A stretch of DNA of 64,000 nucleotides from Schizosaccharomyces osmophilus (lineage: Eukaryota), in contig NC_079240.1 of assembly GCF_027921745.1 (NCBI RefSeq), positions 186,001-250,000 of the forward strand, given 5' to 3'. The notes under the pieces were generated by a model, which was given only the letters and a program-made list of their open reading frames with translations, made no database searches and had not been told where the DNA came from. A program made the translations under genes and the position numbers. Below are positions 27,714 through 41,950 of this stretch, one piece after another; positions within the stretch are counted from its first letter, which is position 1; each line of letters starts with the position of its first letter.

Positions 27714-28646
27714 TTATACGCAGATACCAAAACCTTGAAGCTCCACTTTCACTTTGTCAAAAAACGCTTCATTATGATAGTTCCCACAGGTCATCTCTGG
27801 ATATTTACGAATGGCTGTTTGCAAATCTGCCAACAGAAATTCTAAACGGAGAAGTAGTATAGAAGGATCATCAGTAGAGCCATTATTCAGTGATCTCCAC
27901 ATGCTCTCCAAACGGTCAATGTCTTCTCCCTGCACAACTTGACTATCGGACTTTTGTTCTGGATTTTTTAATAATTCTTTCAAAATGGAAAAGTTTTTCT
28001 CTATGTCAGAACTCGAAAAGCTTAGTGATTCCTCATCATCACTATCCATGGAAAACCAATCGATACCGTTATGGTCTTCACTCTTATCCGTCATCAATTT
28101 TTGCTTGTATGCATCTAAATCTTTTTGAGCTGTACAGGATATCGAAGAAGCAGTATCAGGAAAGCTGTATTTGGTACAAGTAGATGACTCCGAATACGAA
28201 GATCTGCTGTCGTCGTTGATTACAGTCATGGATAACGGCGACTGCATAGCTTCCGTATCAAAGTCATCAACCGAGCCTTCTTTTTGTTCACTTTCGTCTT
28301 TCCAAACTATGTCAATCACACCAGGTGAGCTATGCAACAAACTTTTTGTAGTGACTGCTCGATGGATATGTTGTTTTTCACGGCATGAGATATAACGATT
28401 TGGGCAATATAGTAATCGAAACAGCTTGTGCAAAATAGTATCTCGTTTACGGAGATTGGAAAAGGGTGCTTTCGTTAATAGGTTATACAGCTGTGCACGA
28501 AGGCCTTCGAGCTTGGAATATTTGTCCATTTCAAAAGACTCAAGCTTTGTATGTTCCGTCGAGACGGAAAAGCTTGTCGCTTGTGCATGGTCACGCTTGG
28601 CTTGTATGGTAGGGCGATTATAAGAAACTTTAGAGATTTGAGTCAT
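27714..28646 (-). CDS. Ser/acidic-rich Schizosaccharomyces-specific protein, positional ortholog of mug146
   Basis: Intact 310-aa ORF; identity only from remembered synteny (between mpc1 and ght6). Confidence 0.6.
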   Translation of the reverse strand: MTQISKVSYNRPTIQAKRDHAQATSFSVSTEHTKLESFEMDKYSKLEGLRAQLYNLLTKAPFSNLRKRDTILHKLFRLLYCPNRYISCREKQHIHRAVTTKSLLHSSPGVIDIVWKDESEQKEGSVDDFDTEAMQSPLSMTVINDDSRSSYSESSTCTKYSFPDTASSISCTAQKDLDAYKQKLMTDKSEDHNGIDWFSMDSDDEESLSFSSSDIEKNFSILKELLKNPEQKSDSQVVQGEDIDRLESMWRSLNNGSTDDPSILLLRLEFLLADLQTAIRKYPEMTCGNYHNEAFFDKVKVELQGFGICV

Positions 28647-30066
28647 GTTGGGAAACGAGTTGAATTAGAATAACAAATAATAATTAGACACCAAAAAATA
28701 GTGTGAGACTAGGCAAAAAATGAATGACCAAGAATTATTGATGCGAGAATGAGAGAGAATCCACGGAATATATAGCAAAACATGGATGAATCAAGTCATT
28801 GAATGATCATACATCGAAACCAAACCGACAAGGCGTTTTCAAGCTATTTCAAATCACAATTGAACATGTAATGAATGAATAGTCTTCCCCTCTTTCTATG
28901 AAATACATCCATCTGAATATTAGTGTTTTTGGTCTATGTAGCCACCAAATGATACGCACTTTACTCCATTGAGCAAAGGAAAATAAGATTTTCCTCTAAA
29001 TGCCCCTCATTTTCAGCATTTCTGTGTTACAGAGAAATGAGGTGTCTGGCGTTGAATGGTTGAAACATCCAACACGAACAAGGCGGTGAAAATATTCGGA
29101 ATAAGCTGTTTCCTTTCAAAGAAACGATTATAAGCTTTTGAACGAAATATAATTTACGCTTCCAAACTGCACTGACTCCTTTCAGACTTTTCGTGGGCCA
29201 ATAAAGAGTCTCCTCTTGGGTCCTTTGTTTGTTTACATTTGCGACTCGTGTCCAAATCGTAAACATTACCCCAAACTTTATGAGTGTGGAGATTCATTGC
29301 GGGAATCACTATGATTCGGCGATGATGTATAAGATAATATCATATCACCCTGGATCGACCGAAACTTTATCAGATAAAAGTGACCAAATGTGATGGCACT
29401 ACCTCACAAATATGATATGTCACGACCAACTCCGTTAACAGGAAAGGTGGTGTTGCCGATTTCCTAATGATTGCAGTATTGTTTGCGAATTTCGATCATA
29501 AATAAATAAGAAGAGAAAACGACAGTGAGGTAATCCTGAATTTAGGCAGTATATACATACAATAGTTCGTAACAAGAATTCTTTTTGAGAAATATAACAC
29601 TAAACTTCGTAGCGCTCTCTAAAATCCAATTCCTGTTTTGTGAAAGATAATAGTATCGTCTGAGAACGCTTCCTCAAGCCTTGTTTAATTCACATTGGGT
29701 TCATTTACTAAGATTTCCAAAGAACCCATAAGTCAATTTGTCATTTTCGCAAAATTCAAATAAAGTAGCGCTTTTCAGTTTGTTTACTTTGGTCGCCTTT
29801 ATAAAAACATATTCCAGCACTCTTCGAGATAGAGTTTGGAGTAAACAGTCTTTTACGTGTAATTGGTTGCGCCTTTGTTTGTTTATTCTGAGCAACTTGC
29901 GTATAAAAGCATTTGCTGAATGAGCCAATTGGCATTGAAGGTAAAATCTAAAGCAGCATAAATAAACCACACGAATCCTTTTATCCTTCAAATCAGAGTC
30001 ATTCCTTTTTAAAAGGTTACATTCATTTATTGTTTTCAGTGGAAAAACTTCTTAACACTTCTCAAA

Positions 30067-31671
30067 ATGGGAAAAACGCTCACAACTTTGATGTTGGTCT
30101 TCGTGTCCATGGCCGGCTGGATGTTCGGTGCTGACACGGGTTCCATCGGCGGTATTACGAGTATGAGAGACTTTCAGTCGCGATATGCAGACCGGTATGA
30201 TCCGGTTGCCGATACATATTCGTATTCCTCAGCCCGTCAGGGTCTTCTAGTTGGTATGGTAAACGTTGGTACAACAATCGGTTGCTTACTTTCTTCTCCC
30301 CTGGCTGATCGCTTCGGTAAAAGGAAATGTATCATGGGCTGGGCTTTGGTTTATATTAGCGGTATTATTATCCAACTTACCACGGTTCCTTCTTGGGTTC
30401 AAATCATGGTCGCAAAGATCTGGACTGGTCTTAGTATTGGAGCTCTTTCCGTTATTGCTCCAGGATACCAGTCTGAATCTGCTCCTCCACAAATCCGTGG
30501 TGCCATTGTTACCACATACCAACTTTTTATTACAGCCGGTATTTTCATCGCTGCATGTGTCAATATTGGCACACAAAAGCGTCAAGCAACTGCACAATGG
30601 CGAGTCCCAATCGGTATTAACTTGTTATGGGGTATTTTAATGTTTTTCGGTATGCTCTTTTTGAAAGAGTCTCCACGTTACTTGGCAATGAGAGGGCAAA
30701 ACGAACAGTGTATGCAGATTTTATGCCGTAACTCTGGACTTACTCCAGATCATCCTCTAATCCAAAAGGAATACAATGCTATTCAAGTAGATGTGGAAGC
30801 TGAAACTGAAGGTGGTCCCTGTAGATGGATTGAGATTTTTCAAAGCCCCATCCGCTACCGTACACTGCTAGGTATGGCAGTTATGTCTTTCCAACAACTT
30901 ACTGGTAACAACTATTTCTTCTATTACGGTACCCAAGTGTTCCGTGGTACCGGATTAAACTCTCCCTTCTTGGCTGCTTTGATTCTTGATGCTGTCAACT
31001 TTGGATGCACCTTTGGTGCCATTTTCGTCCTTGAATACTTTGGTCGTCGTAACCCTCTCATTATTGGTGGTATTTGGCAATCCATCTGCTTCTTCATCTA
31101 TGCCTCTGTTGGTGATCGTGCTTTGACTCGTCCTAACGGAACCTCAAATCATCGCTCAGGAGCTGTCATGATCGTCTTTTCTTGTCTATTCATTTTCTCT
31201 TTTGCTCAAACTTGGGCTCCTGCAGCATACGTTATTGTTGGTGAATCTTATCCCATTCGTTATCGTTCCAAATGTGCTGCTGTAGCTACAGCAAGCAATT
31301 GGTTTTGGAACTTTCTAATTTCATTCTTTACACCATTTATTAGCAACAGCATTGGCTTCAAGTATGGTTACGTCTTTGCGTCTTGTAACCTGACAGCTGC
31401 TATTATCATTTTCTTCTTTGCCAAGGAGACGAAAGGTCTTACACTGGAAGAAATTAATCATCTATACATTTCTTCCATTAAACCTTGGCAAAGCGGTGCT
31501 TATAAGCGCAATCGCGATGAGGCGAGTAAAAGGGAAGCAGAAAAACCTCGTGAACCGAATTCCAAATTTAACGAATATATCGAGCATGGACCCAATACTT
31601 ATTCTGATGAGAATTCAGAGACAAGTCAACAAGTTCATCCTCAGCAGGTCACGAATCCTGTCGGTCTTTAA
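30067..31671 (+). CDS. ght6: Hexose transporter Ght6-like
   Basis: Sugar-porter motifs ([27 protein letters not shown]); C-terminus QQVTNPVGL as in Ght6. Confidence 0.88.
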   Translation: MGKTLTTLMLVFVSMAGWMFGADTGSIGGITSMRDFQSRYADRYDPVADTYSYSSARQGLLVGMVNVGTTIGCLLSSPLADRFGKRKCIMGWALVYISGIIIQLTTVPSWVQIMVAKIWTGLSIGALSVIAPGYQSESAPPQIRGAIVTTYQLFITAGIFIAACVNIGTQKRQATAQWRVPIGINLLWGILMFFGMLFLKESPRYLAMRGQNEQCMQILCRNSGLTPDHPLIQKEYNAIQVDVEAETEGGPCRWIEIFQSPIRYRTLLGMAVMSFQQLTGNNYFFYYGTQVFRGTGLNSPFLAALILDAVNFGCTFGAIFVLEYFGRRNPLIIGGIWQSICFFIYASVGDRALTRPNGTSNHRSGAVMIVFSCLFIFSFAQTWAPAAYVIVGESYPIRYRSKCAAVATASNWFWNFLISFFTPFISNSIGFKYGYVFASCNLTAAIIIFFFAKETKGLTLEEINHLYISSIKPWQSGAYKRNRDEASKREAEKPREPNSKFNEYIEHGPNTYSDENSETSQQVHPQQVTNPVGL

Positions 31672-33663
31672 TTTCAAATTTGTATCAGGTGCAACTTTTG
31701 TTGCTTGTTTTTTGTGTCAGTGTAGAAAAAAGCGAAACGAATCTGGATCGGAATAAAAAGGTAAAAAGCAGCTATGCGTGGAAATCTTAGATAGATACAT
31801 ATCCTCTTTTTTTTTTTCAGGATTAAAACCTAACGAAGCCCAGGAACAATAATAGTCCTTTGTTTATAATGTAATGAATTTTTTTATATTTAGAATCTAT
31901 ACTTCTAATAGCAACACGTTTAATCCATATTTCAAGAGAAGCTTGTCAGCAGATTCAGACACGACAAGGCCATATACTTGGTTGATGGAAGAGTTATAAC
32001 GTTTTCATGAGATTGCGATATAATCCGCATTAATGTATTATATATAGCACATGTGATATAATATATTACTAAAAGGATATTCCTGTATAATGGTAGAGGG
32101 AAGGACGATTAAAAGTCGGTCATTTTAATATCTGCTAATGCATTTAAGTCTCAATTTTGTTTTTCTTGTGACCAAAGTTAGGCAAGGTCGGAAGTAGAAG
32201 GAGCGACGATCAAGTTCGGTTGATAGAGACGCATGTTGTAATGGAGAGTTCACAGAGTATGAAACAATTCGCTGTAAGAGGAATGATTTAACGATTACTT
32301 TTCATTAGATTTAAAAGTTTTTTATAAAATTTATTTCAAGTATTTTTGAAATAAATTCAAGTTAAAGCTCATTGATAGAATTCACAGCTGTTGTTTCCCA
32401 TGATTCCACCATTCTGTACCCCGTGACCTCGAAACTAACAAAGCGTCCTACTTTGCGTTCATAACGGCTACTGTCAGTAAGTCAAGCTCACATGTACCAC
32501 CATTTTATTATTTCTTCATTCAGGGTATTCTATCTTTTGTCTCGCCACTCGCAAGCATCCGCTATTTTTACACCGAGACTTATCCTCATGTTTCAAACTA
32601 TTTGAGACTGAAAGTAAAGACTCTTCAAATTCACCCAGTAGCAGTAGAAGCCTCTGAAGTCGTTGAAAAAGAGGTATTGACAATTGTTTATTTGTTTGTT
32701 TACATTTCCCCAAAAAACTAAAGGAACCGAAGCTTTCTCCATATTATTTCGCCTTTGTCCTTTCGTGATACCCGAGTCCCCTCTCCTCTCCCATGGGATA
32801 TTGCCATTCCAATGATGAATTTCTGCGAAGCCTTCCTCAACCCTGTGTCTCCATGATTGTTTATTTTTTCTCCACTTACCCCAACATAAAGTGCTTTATT
32901 ATTGGTCTCATGAGAAAATTAGGTTGCATGACGTGGTGAAAAGCTTTAATATGTAAAGCTCGTGGAATCCACTCGTCATTAACATGGAATGGGGTAAACG
33001 CGACGAAGGCAGCATTGAGCCATCTCGTTTTTGAGTAATTTCTGTTTTTATTTTCAATCTTTTTTTATAAAATGCAATAAAATAGCAATTCAATTACCTA
33101 TTCAATCCCACATTCAACGTCCAACATTCCTTCGTAACTTGATTCTATTTACGGGATTGCGGCTTTGCGTTTGGGGACTGTTTACAATGTCATCGCTATT
33201 CTCGTACTTTATTATAACTATAATTTGACACGTATCTGGTAATTGCATTTAGGTTGACTAATCATAGTACTTACAAACGTTTTAGTGGTATTTCATTGGA
33301 AAGCAGTCCCTTTTCTCCATAAGTTGTTTAAAGCTTCGTTTGCTTACAGCAAACAAAGCCAATGTGGACATTCTTTGACTATATAAACAGGTAGAATTCC
33401 TCTGTTTTTTCCAACATTTCATATCAATTACTTTTATCAAAAGCATTTTTAATCGCTGTTTTGTCGTAGAATATTTTTATCCTAAGGATCTGGTTCTTTA
33501 CAATTGCGATATATACATATAGGAGTACTATCAATCAATTCTTTGGTTTCTAGTCTACTCTTTTCTCTCTACTCTCACTCTTTATTCATTTTTCTTTTTT
33601 TCATCCTTTCTTTACCTTCCAAAAATATTTTTGTTTCAAACTTTCTGAACAGTAGCTTTCGCA

Positions 33664-35262
33664 ATGGCAAGGGTCTTAACAATTGTCATGCTGGTCTTTG
33701 TGTCCATGGCCGGATGGATGTTCGGTGCAGACACAGGATCGATTGGTGGTATCACAAATATGCGCGACTTTCAATCTCGATATGCAGACAAATATGACAA
33801 GGATACAAATACCTACTCTTATTCTTCCGCACGTCAAGGTCTCTTAACCGGTATGGTCAACATTGGATCCATGACAGGCTGCATTCTATCCTCACCATTT
33901 GCTGACCGTCTCGGTAAGCGTAACTCTATTCTCTTTTTCACCTGTGTTTACCTCATCGGTATTATTGTACAACTCACAACGCTCCCTTCTTGGGTACAGT
34001 TCATGGTCGCAAAGATGTGGACTGGTCTTGGTATCGGAGCTCTCTCTGTACTAGCTCCCGGGTATCAATCTGAGGTTGCACCAGCTGCGATGCGTGGTGC
34101 CATTGTCACTACCTACCAACTTTTCATTACCGCCGGTATTTTCATCGCCGCTTGCATTAACATGGGTACCTATAGACTCGCAAAAAGTGCTTCTTGGCGT
34201 GTTCCTATTGGAGTTAACTTGCTCTGGGGTCTCATTACTCTAGTCGGGATTCTTTTCCTCCCCGAATCCCCTCGTTATTTAATTTCTGTTGGCAGAGACG
34301 AAGAAGCTTTGCAGATTATGTGTAAGAACAATGACCTCCATCTTGAACACGAAGTGATTCAAACTGAATACCAAATGATTAAATCGGATTGTGATGCTGA
34401 GTTGGCTGGCGGTCCTGCTAAATGGCCAGAAATCTTCAGCAAAAATATCCGCTACCGTACTTTCCTTGGTATTGGCGTCATGTCTCTCCAACAACTTACT
34501 GGTAACAACTACTACTTCTACTATGGTACTCAAGTATTCCGCGGCACTGGTATGACCTCTCCTTACCTATCGGCACTAATCCTTGACGCTGTAAACTTCT
34601 GCTGCACCTTTGGAGCTCTTTACGTTATGGAGCACTTTGGTCGCCGTATGCCTTTGATTATTGGTGCACTTTGGCAATCACTTTGTTTCTTTATTTACGC
34701 CGCAGTTGGAGATCGTTGCTTGTATCAATCTGATGGATCTACTAACCACCGAGCTGGTACTGTGATGATTGTTTTCTCCTGTTTCTTTATTTTCGCTTTC
34801 TCTCAGTCTTGGGCTCCCGGCGCGTATGTTATTGTTGGTGAATCGTACCCTATTCGTTTCCGTTCCAAGTGCGCTGCAGTAGCAACTACCGGTAATTGGT
34901 TTTGGGGATTCTTGATTTCCTTCTTCACTCCCTTTATCACTAATACAATTGGTTTCAAATATGGCTACGTCTTTGCTGCTTGCAACCTGTGTGCTGCTAT
35001 TGTCATCTTCGCCTTTGCTCACGAAACCAAAGGTCTTACGCTGGAAGAGATCAACCTCGTTTATATTTCTGGTCGCAAGCCATGGTCGCCCCGTCCCAAG
35101 AACATTGCAAGTTACTCTGACCAGCGTAAGGAAGCTTTGGCAGGAGACAAGCATGATGATGTTGACCATCTGGAAACCTTTACTTCTGACAGTATGGAAA
35201 ATGCTTCGTCTTCTCATTCGAAGCCCAAGTCGAAGTTTATCGACCATATCGAGCAGGTATAA
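33664..35262 (+). CDS. ght5: Hexose transporter, Ght5-like
   Basis: Sugar-porter motifs; position between ght6 and dga1; paralog assignment blurred by gene conversion. Confidence 0.75.
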   Translation: MARVLTIVMLVFVSMAGWMFGADTGSIGGITNMRDFQSRYADKYDKDTNTYSYSSARQGLLTGMVNIGSMTGCILSSPFADRLGKRNSILFFTCVYLIGIIVQLTTLPSWVQFMVAKMWTGLGIGALSVLAPGYQSEVAPAAMRGAIVTTYQLFITAGIFIAACINMGTYRLAKSASWRVPIGVNLLWGLITLVGILFLPESPRYLISVGRDEEALQIMCKNNDLHLEHEVIQTEYQMIKSDCDAELAGGPAKWPEIFSKNIRYRTFLGIGVMSLQQLTGNNYYFYYGTQVFRGTGMTSPYLSALILDAVNFCCTFGALYVMEHFGRRMPLIIGALWQSLCFFIYAAVGDRCLYQSDGSTNHRAGTVMIVFSCFFIFAFSQSWAPGAYVIVGESYPIRFRSKCAAVATTGNWFWGFLISFFTPFITNTIGFKYGYVFAACNLCAAIVIFAFAHETKGLTLEEINLVYISGRKPWSPRPKNIASYSDQRKEALAGDKHDDVDHLETFTSDSMENASSSHSKPKSKFIDHIEQV

Positions 35263-35979
35263 AGTTACTAGATATTCCAAAGAATCTTCACGACACCCAT
35301 GTCTATTGATTATTCAATTCTCTTAATCAGGCTTTTGGATTTATATAAAGCCACCTCAATCGTTCCCCCAACCTAAAAACCCTGGCCATTCTTCATTGAA
35401 TGCTTTCAAACTAAATTTTGTGTTTCTCTACGCATTTTCATGAGTTATGACATATAGTTAACTGTATGAATGGATGCTTGTTTCATTCATTCGTAAACTA
35501 CCTATTAATTATCCATCGACGTCGGCATTACCTTTCATTTTATTAAGTAAATTACAGCCCATAAGGAAGCAGTGGAAAACCTTTGGCATTTTCGAACATA
35601 TTTCGCGTTGATTATAGAATGAACTCCACTAATTAGAAATCGATGAGCAAAGTCAATTGTGCTCGTTTATAATTGAGTTATTCCCAAAAGGGCAAAGAGG
35701 ATACTCAAATACATATTCTTCTTGCCTTGTATTTGGTGACTACCCTTCTTTAGTAATGGAACTACCTTCTGTTTATTTTTTCATAGAGCCCTTTAATTTG
35801 GTGATTGAATCGATAGAATACTAGCAAGTTGAATCAATGATGTTTACAATTGATCATAATTTTTAATAGCTAATAATGTACGGTAATAACATGTATATAA
35901 TAGACTGCAAGAACAACAAGAGGAGTAAGTAAAGTTTATTCTTTTTATAATGTTTTTTCGACTGAAAAGACAAAAAGTC

Positions 35980-36051
35980 TGCTCCAGCAGTGACTTGAAC
36001 ACTGGGCCTCTTGCTTACTAGGCAAGCGCTCTACCACTGAGCTACAAGAGC
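35980..36051 (-). tRNA. tRNA-Thr(AGT)
   Basis: Reverse complement GCTCTTGTAGCTCAGTGGTAGAGCGCTTGCCT-AGT-AAGCAAGAGGCCCAGTGTTCAAGTCACTGCTGGAGCA folds as a 72-nt cloverleaf, followed by a T5 terminator. Confidence 0.96.
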
Positions 36052-37644
36052 TACTTAGGTACTTAAAAGTATATAAAATGTATAAGCTAATTGCGGATCT
36101 CGTATGAACGGGTTGGTACTTCATCCGGATAACCACGAAGAGTAGAGCAATTAAAAACTTTGATTTAAGGACAAGAAGAAAATTGTATCACATGCTGCTA
36201 AACGGCGGGTAGATGAAAAATCTGTATTGCTGTGATCTTATCTAATATAGTACTAACGAAATTCTCTCTTGAATGTTGAATTCTGCGCACTTGCAGGACT
36301 CAAAACTGCGCTGGATCAGCTGCAGCAAATAGATCGTTGCAAAGCTTGTGCTACAAGCCGTTAATGAATACTATATATAACCAAGCATTATTCACGGTGC
36401 GGATTGTCTACGGCGATGCCTATTTATTAATACATAAATTTAAGTTGCTTATGTCAACTATTACTAGAACATTACCTAGTCAGTGAGTGCTGAGCCCAAT
36501 ATTAGTCTACGTGAAGTACATTACTCTGGTTGAAGCGCATTGCTTATTGGTATGTTTCATGGATTATTACCTAAACTCAAATCTCCTTCAAAATCACAAG
36601 AAAATGCGGCGTTCATCTAGTAATAATAACTACCAAATTCAGTTGGGTGTCTTCCTGCTTGTGCTGCACAGCTGTAATCCTTATCTTCTTTCTTAGACTT
36701 GCAATTATGTGCACTGGCGTATGGATGAGCCCTACTTTACCGGAGTCACAGGCCTCACCTCAGGTGTAGGAGCTTTTTAATGTTGTTCAGCTGTCCGATC
36801 ACTGCTATCACTATCACTATCACTGCTGACGGTTAGGTGCAAAGCACAAGTTGGCGTTACCAGGTAGTAGTACCGAAAAGTAACTGGGTGTCATACCAGA
36901 CTTGGCTTCCATGGCTTTATATACCTCATCAACATGAACTAACGAGTTGTCGTTTACATTTATCACAGTTGCAAATGTCAGATTTATTACATTTGGTATC
37001 CGTGATATAAATTCTTGAGATAATGTTCAGTTCCCATGTGAGAACATAAGTCAGTTAGCATCAGGGTATTTTCAAAGGTTGGTTGGTGACCAACAAAATT
37101 ATCGATATTTCTCTCTCTAAGAGGTAAAGTAACCCTAAAACCCATACTTATACCTATTTACGGTATTGATAATACCGCGATGAGTATAATGAAATAAAGC
37201 CACAGCCTGGTTTTTACGGTGTATGTTTTTGTAGATTGAAAAAGTTCGTTCTGCTCGTATTGGGCTCTACTTTACCTATAGTGAAAGTATTCTCAGGTCT
37301 ACGGATTTAATTAGCTGATTAAATTGACAATTCGAATGTATGAAGTCAGATCAGTCGAATCTTTTAATACGAGGAATTGTGCTTCAACCACAGAGTTTAT
37401 ATAACTTGTAGGATATATGTATCTAAATAGCGACTTGCCTTCAGTTTGCTTGAATTCCAATATTCATTGTTTATTTTTATACTGGACTCTTCTGTATTAT
37501 TATATTACAATATCTAGGCCTTGACACTAGAGTAATCAATGAATTAGATTACATCAAAACTATCCTTCCGCAAACCACATTGTTTATCGTCCTTTGCATT
37601 CAATTGAAGATTATATTACAAGAGAGCCTTTGGATGTACGAATA

Positions 37645-38991
37645 ATGCAGGAAAAAACAAAAACCGCGGGCCCTATACCCGGAATTCTAGAGTCCACAAC
37701 GGTTACTCCGAAATACAACAAATCCCATTTAACAAGGTCGGTTGAGGCATTAGCCGTCTTCCTTCATAGTGTCAGTTTGACGCTTACTGCGTCTTGTTTT
37801 ACAATTTTATGGTTATTTTTACCGATATGGCCTGTAAGTACATAATTAATAGTGATTTGAGGCATGGGGGGACGTCGAAATCTTTGATTCTACAAATATA
37901 GTACTGAATCCAAGCCAGTTGCTATACTGGTTTGCTTATCAAGTTAGATAAGGCTTGAGCACAAAATTTACGCCAAGCGTGTTTTGGATCTATCCTTTAA
38001 ATACATTGATGTTAACGGCTACAGATTCTTTTGGTATATGTGGGATGGTTGTTTTATGATGACGCTTTCGTGACAGCTAAGGGCCGTCAAAGTTTATGGC
38101 TACGAGGAGCTGCTCCGTATCATTGGTTTTGCCATTATTTTCCCATTCGTCTTCATAAGACTGCGAATCTTGACCCAAAAAGGAATTACATTTTTGGCTA
38201 TCATCCTCATGGAATTCTATCCCTTGGAGCCTTTGGTGGCTTTGTGACGGAAGGTATGTAACACCACATAATATGATGTTGCTGCTTTTGCTAACACTTT
38301 TTAGGCGCCGAATTTAGCAAACTGTTTCCGGGTATAAACGTTTCTGTCTTGACTTTGAATTCTAATTTTTATGTTCCCCTATACCGGGATTATTTGCTTG
38401 CTTTGAACGTTAATTCTGTTTCAAAGAAGTCTTGTGTCAATATTTTATCTAGAGGTCCTGGCGAAAGTGTTGTTATTGTCATTGGGGGTGCACAGGAATC
38501 GTTGTTATCCCGTCCCGGGCAAAACAATTTGGTATTGAAGAAGAGATTGGGCTTTGTCAAGTTGGCCTATTTGACTGGCTCAAGTTTGGTTCCTTGCTTT
38601 GCTTTTGGCGAATCTGGTACGTTCTTAAAATATATAATATTTTCAAGAATGAAAAAGCTGACTTCTTTTAGATATTTTTGAACAAGTAAACAACAATCCT
38701 GGAACTCGCATCTACAAGTTTCAAGAAATTATAAAAAAATTGGCTGGGTTTACTATCCCCTTTTTCTATGGCCGAGGAATATTAAATAAATCATTTGGCT
38801 TAATGCCCTGGAGAAAGCCAATCAATATCGTCGTCGGAGAACCCTTGGATTTGCCTAAGAAATCAAATCCGACAAGCCAAGAGCTTTATGAAACTCAAGA
38901 AGAATATATTCGCCGACTTGACGAACTTTGGAACAAGTATAAAGATGTATTTGTTCCAGAAAGAGTAAAAGAGTTACATTTGGCTGCTTAA
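37645..38991 (+). CDS. dga1: Diacylglycerol O-acyltransferase (DGAT2), four exons
   Basis: YFPIRL, FGYHPHG, VIGGAQESL and GFVKLA...LVPCFAFGE DGAT2 motifs. Confidence 0.94.
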
Positions 38992-39720
38992 ACGTCGCCT
39001 TTTTGTAGCTTTTCTTTTCGCCTTTCAAGTTCTTTCTCACTTTTTCACGTATTTATAGTCTGCCCCTCTTTTCAGTTTTGTTATTCTCCTTTAATCGGCC
39101 TTTTCATATATTCCATAAAGATCTTCGCTATACTAATTGGTTCAGTTTTATATATACAGTATATTAAGTATTCAATATCATGTTCGTGATACAGTCTTTT
39201 CTTTTTACAAGATATTGCAAGTGATTTACTATTTGCGCTCTTTCATTTTGTTTCATCCTGTTTATGTATGCTTTTTACTTGTGTACTATTTCGCATAAAA
39301 AGGTCAAACCCAGCTAATAGACAGTCAAAGATGCGCCCATGTCTCCCTATAGATTCTTTTGGAATAAATCGTCGTGTACAACCTTTATTCATAACTGCAC
39401 ATATTATATTATATTTAGCCTTAAAAATTGCGTCTTAAACCAGGAAACGATGCATGCGAGTTTTGAAGTACTACACGGGCTACTAGTCCATGTCACATTT
39501 ATGAAACTACTAGAAACATTCTTTCTTGTCTTTCCTTCAGATGGTATTGTTCTCGTACAAAAGATATATATATGTCATTGTTGATTAAGGCAAGCGTTTC
39601 CATTCCTTAAAGCCTCTTTAACGTAATGTAGTTTAGTGCACTAAAAGCATTTACGAATATAGAATCAAGCAGAAATGTCTGAAAAAGAATTGCTGCAGAG
39701 CATAATATCAGAATTGAAAA

Positions 39721-40167
39721 ATGGTAGTTAAAGTAGAATTACTGTATGTTGTATGCTGATTTCGTTCTTTTTATTAATTACAAGTGCAGTGGAGGGTTGG
39801 ACATGCTCTTTAAGAAGCAAAAGGAGCTCTCTCTGGAGCTTGCAGAACTAGGGGAAGACAAGACACTAAAGTCCTTGATCCATTTCATGGCTGAGAAAAT
39901 CGAAAGCCCTACTCAAAAAGAACTTTTTTATCTGGATGGCACGGTGTATGTTCGACTTGTAGTACTTTTCTGCTTGTTGATGCTAACCTATTTAACTAGT
40001 CGTCCTGGTATTATCGTCTTGGTGAATGATCAAGACTGGGAACTTCTCGATAAAGAGGAGTATCTTCTTGAAGACAAGGATCAGGTTGTTTTTGTGTCTA
40101 CTTTACATGGTATGTTGGATGTTAACTTTTGCAAACTACGAATACTAACGGTTCATTAGGAGGTTAG
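39721..40167 (+). CDS. urm1: Ubiquitin-related modifier Urm1 (four exons; last exon 40160-40167 completes the GG)
   Basis: VKVELL|GGLDMLF...[16 protein letters not shown]...FVSTLHGG*. Confidence 0.93.
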
Positions 40168-40459
40168 TTCAATAAGAAACTAGATTAGGCGTGGTTTTTG
40201 AAAACTACGATTGGAAGGATACAAATGAAGATTCCATTGAGTACACCAGGCTGTAATATATTGTATATAGTGATGTTTTGATGCAGGCAGTTTGAAGCAG
40301 ATTTAAAGACACTGCACTGCGGTCCAAGTAAAGATTTTATTGATTGAAACAAAAAAGAAGGAAACAAGATTAATAATAATAATTATACACTAAGCATAAA
40401 TCGGGCATGAATTTTGAAAGAGGTTTATGGAAAAGTTTGTTATAATTTTATATATGACA

Positions 40460-41950
40460 TTACTCTTCATCTTCAGACTCAACCTGAATCGTTCCTGTCC
40501 GACGTAATGGTCTTCTGGAGGCAGCGGCAGAAGGAGCATGAGAAGAAAAGGAATTATGGTCATCTTCGTCAACATCAAATGTATTCTCATTTCTTTCCAA
40601 AGCGGAATTAAGGCGTGGCCCAAATTGAGGCATATCCTCATCACCAGCGTCTTCTTCCTCATCGTCAAGTAGCATGGATGTGGATCTGGACCGAGGATGC
40701 CGAATCCTTTTTATAGGACGGTCTTCTTCTTCTGGGTACCCATACCTTTGGTAATCATCACTTTCATCATGTAATTCATCCAGCTCTCTAGCCAATTCTT
40801 CATTTTTCCTATTTTCTAATTCTTCTGAATCAATTTCTTCATCGACAGAGCCTGTAACCTCGTGGTCATCGCTGCCAACCAATTCGACTTGCGACGCCGA
40901 ATTGGGTTCATCTCCATCTTCGTCTGGGACAACGAAATCATCTTCATTGCCATCATAAGGGGACAGCTGGCTTGCATTGCGATTATCAATAAATTCATCA
41001 TCCAAGTCATAGTCTCCAGCACCGGAAAAATCGGATTCTGGTTCTTCCCCAAAACCTATCCAATCTTCTGGAACAGCTGTAATTGGGGGTCTCCGTGAAA
41101 GATTCACCCTTCTTTGAGCTTCTTCTTCACTGCCTCCGCTTCCAATATCTTCGTTATCCCAGAACCATTCCGGTTCTGAGTCGGCTTCATCCGAAATTTG
41201 AAACCCGCAATGGTCACAGTGATATGGATTCTCTAACTCCCATTGACAGCGGGCGCACCTCAACACTCCATCCTCTGCATCTTGGACAATGCCAGTGGGA
41301 TACAGAGACTCTGCTTCTTTAAACATTCCATCAAACAAAACCTCTTCCCGACGTTTCGATGGATCATCTCTCGTCTTAAGCAGTGACAAACTTGGATCCA
41401 CACTTGCAATTATGCCCATCAAGTCATACACAAGATACGCTGGCGATGGTTGGGTATGAACCTTTTGACGACAAGTAGGACATGATTTCGATGCTTTAAG
41501 CCAGCTTTTTAAACACTAAATAGTTCTGTTAGTAACTTTTTTCCAATAGCACGTTCGGCAAGGCTGTTTTATTATCCATTGTACAAAAATATAGAACAGC
41601 AATGTAGCAGTACACGCCCTCTTCGATTAAAAACTTACCTCATAACAATACGTGTGTCCGCATGGTGTTGTAAAGGGCCTTTGCAGTGTTTCTGTACAGA
41701 TGGGACAGTCGATTGTTTTCTTAAGTCTTGTCAAAAACGAGGGTAAATCCACATTTGACGTTATGTGAGTTGATTCGTTTGGTACATTCTTCAATTGAAA
41801 ATCCAAATAGCCTGTTTCATCCTCTTCCTTGTTTACTTTTTCGTTTGTGAAAGGTGCTGAACTGTTTTCTGCTTTGTTCATGGTATCCGAATCTTTTTCC
41901 ACATTCTTTTCATGGAATGGATATACGGAATCGCTTTCTTTTGTTACCAT
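40460..41950 (-). CDS. dbl5: RING E3 ubiquitin ligase with acidic tail, Psh1-like (exons 41950-41639, 41515-40460)
   Basis: CPICTE...PCGHTYCYE|CLKSW...SCPTCR RING; second Zn motif RCARCQWE...CDHC; start codon uncertain. Confidence 0.8.

Noticed and set aside
36790..36802. 13-nt match to 5S (GTCCGATCACTGC)
   Set aside because: No flanking 5S similarity; runs into an ATCACT microrepeat
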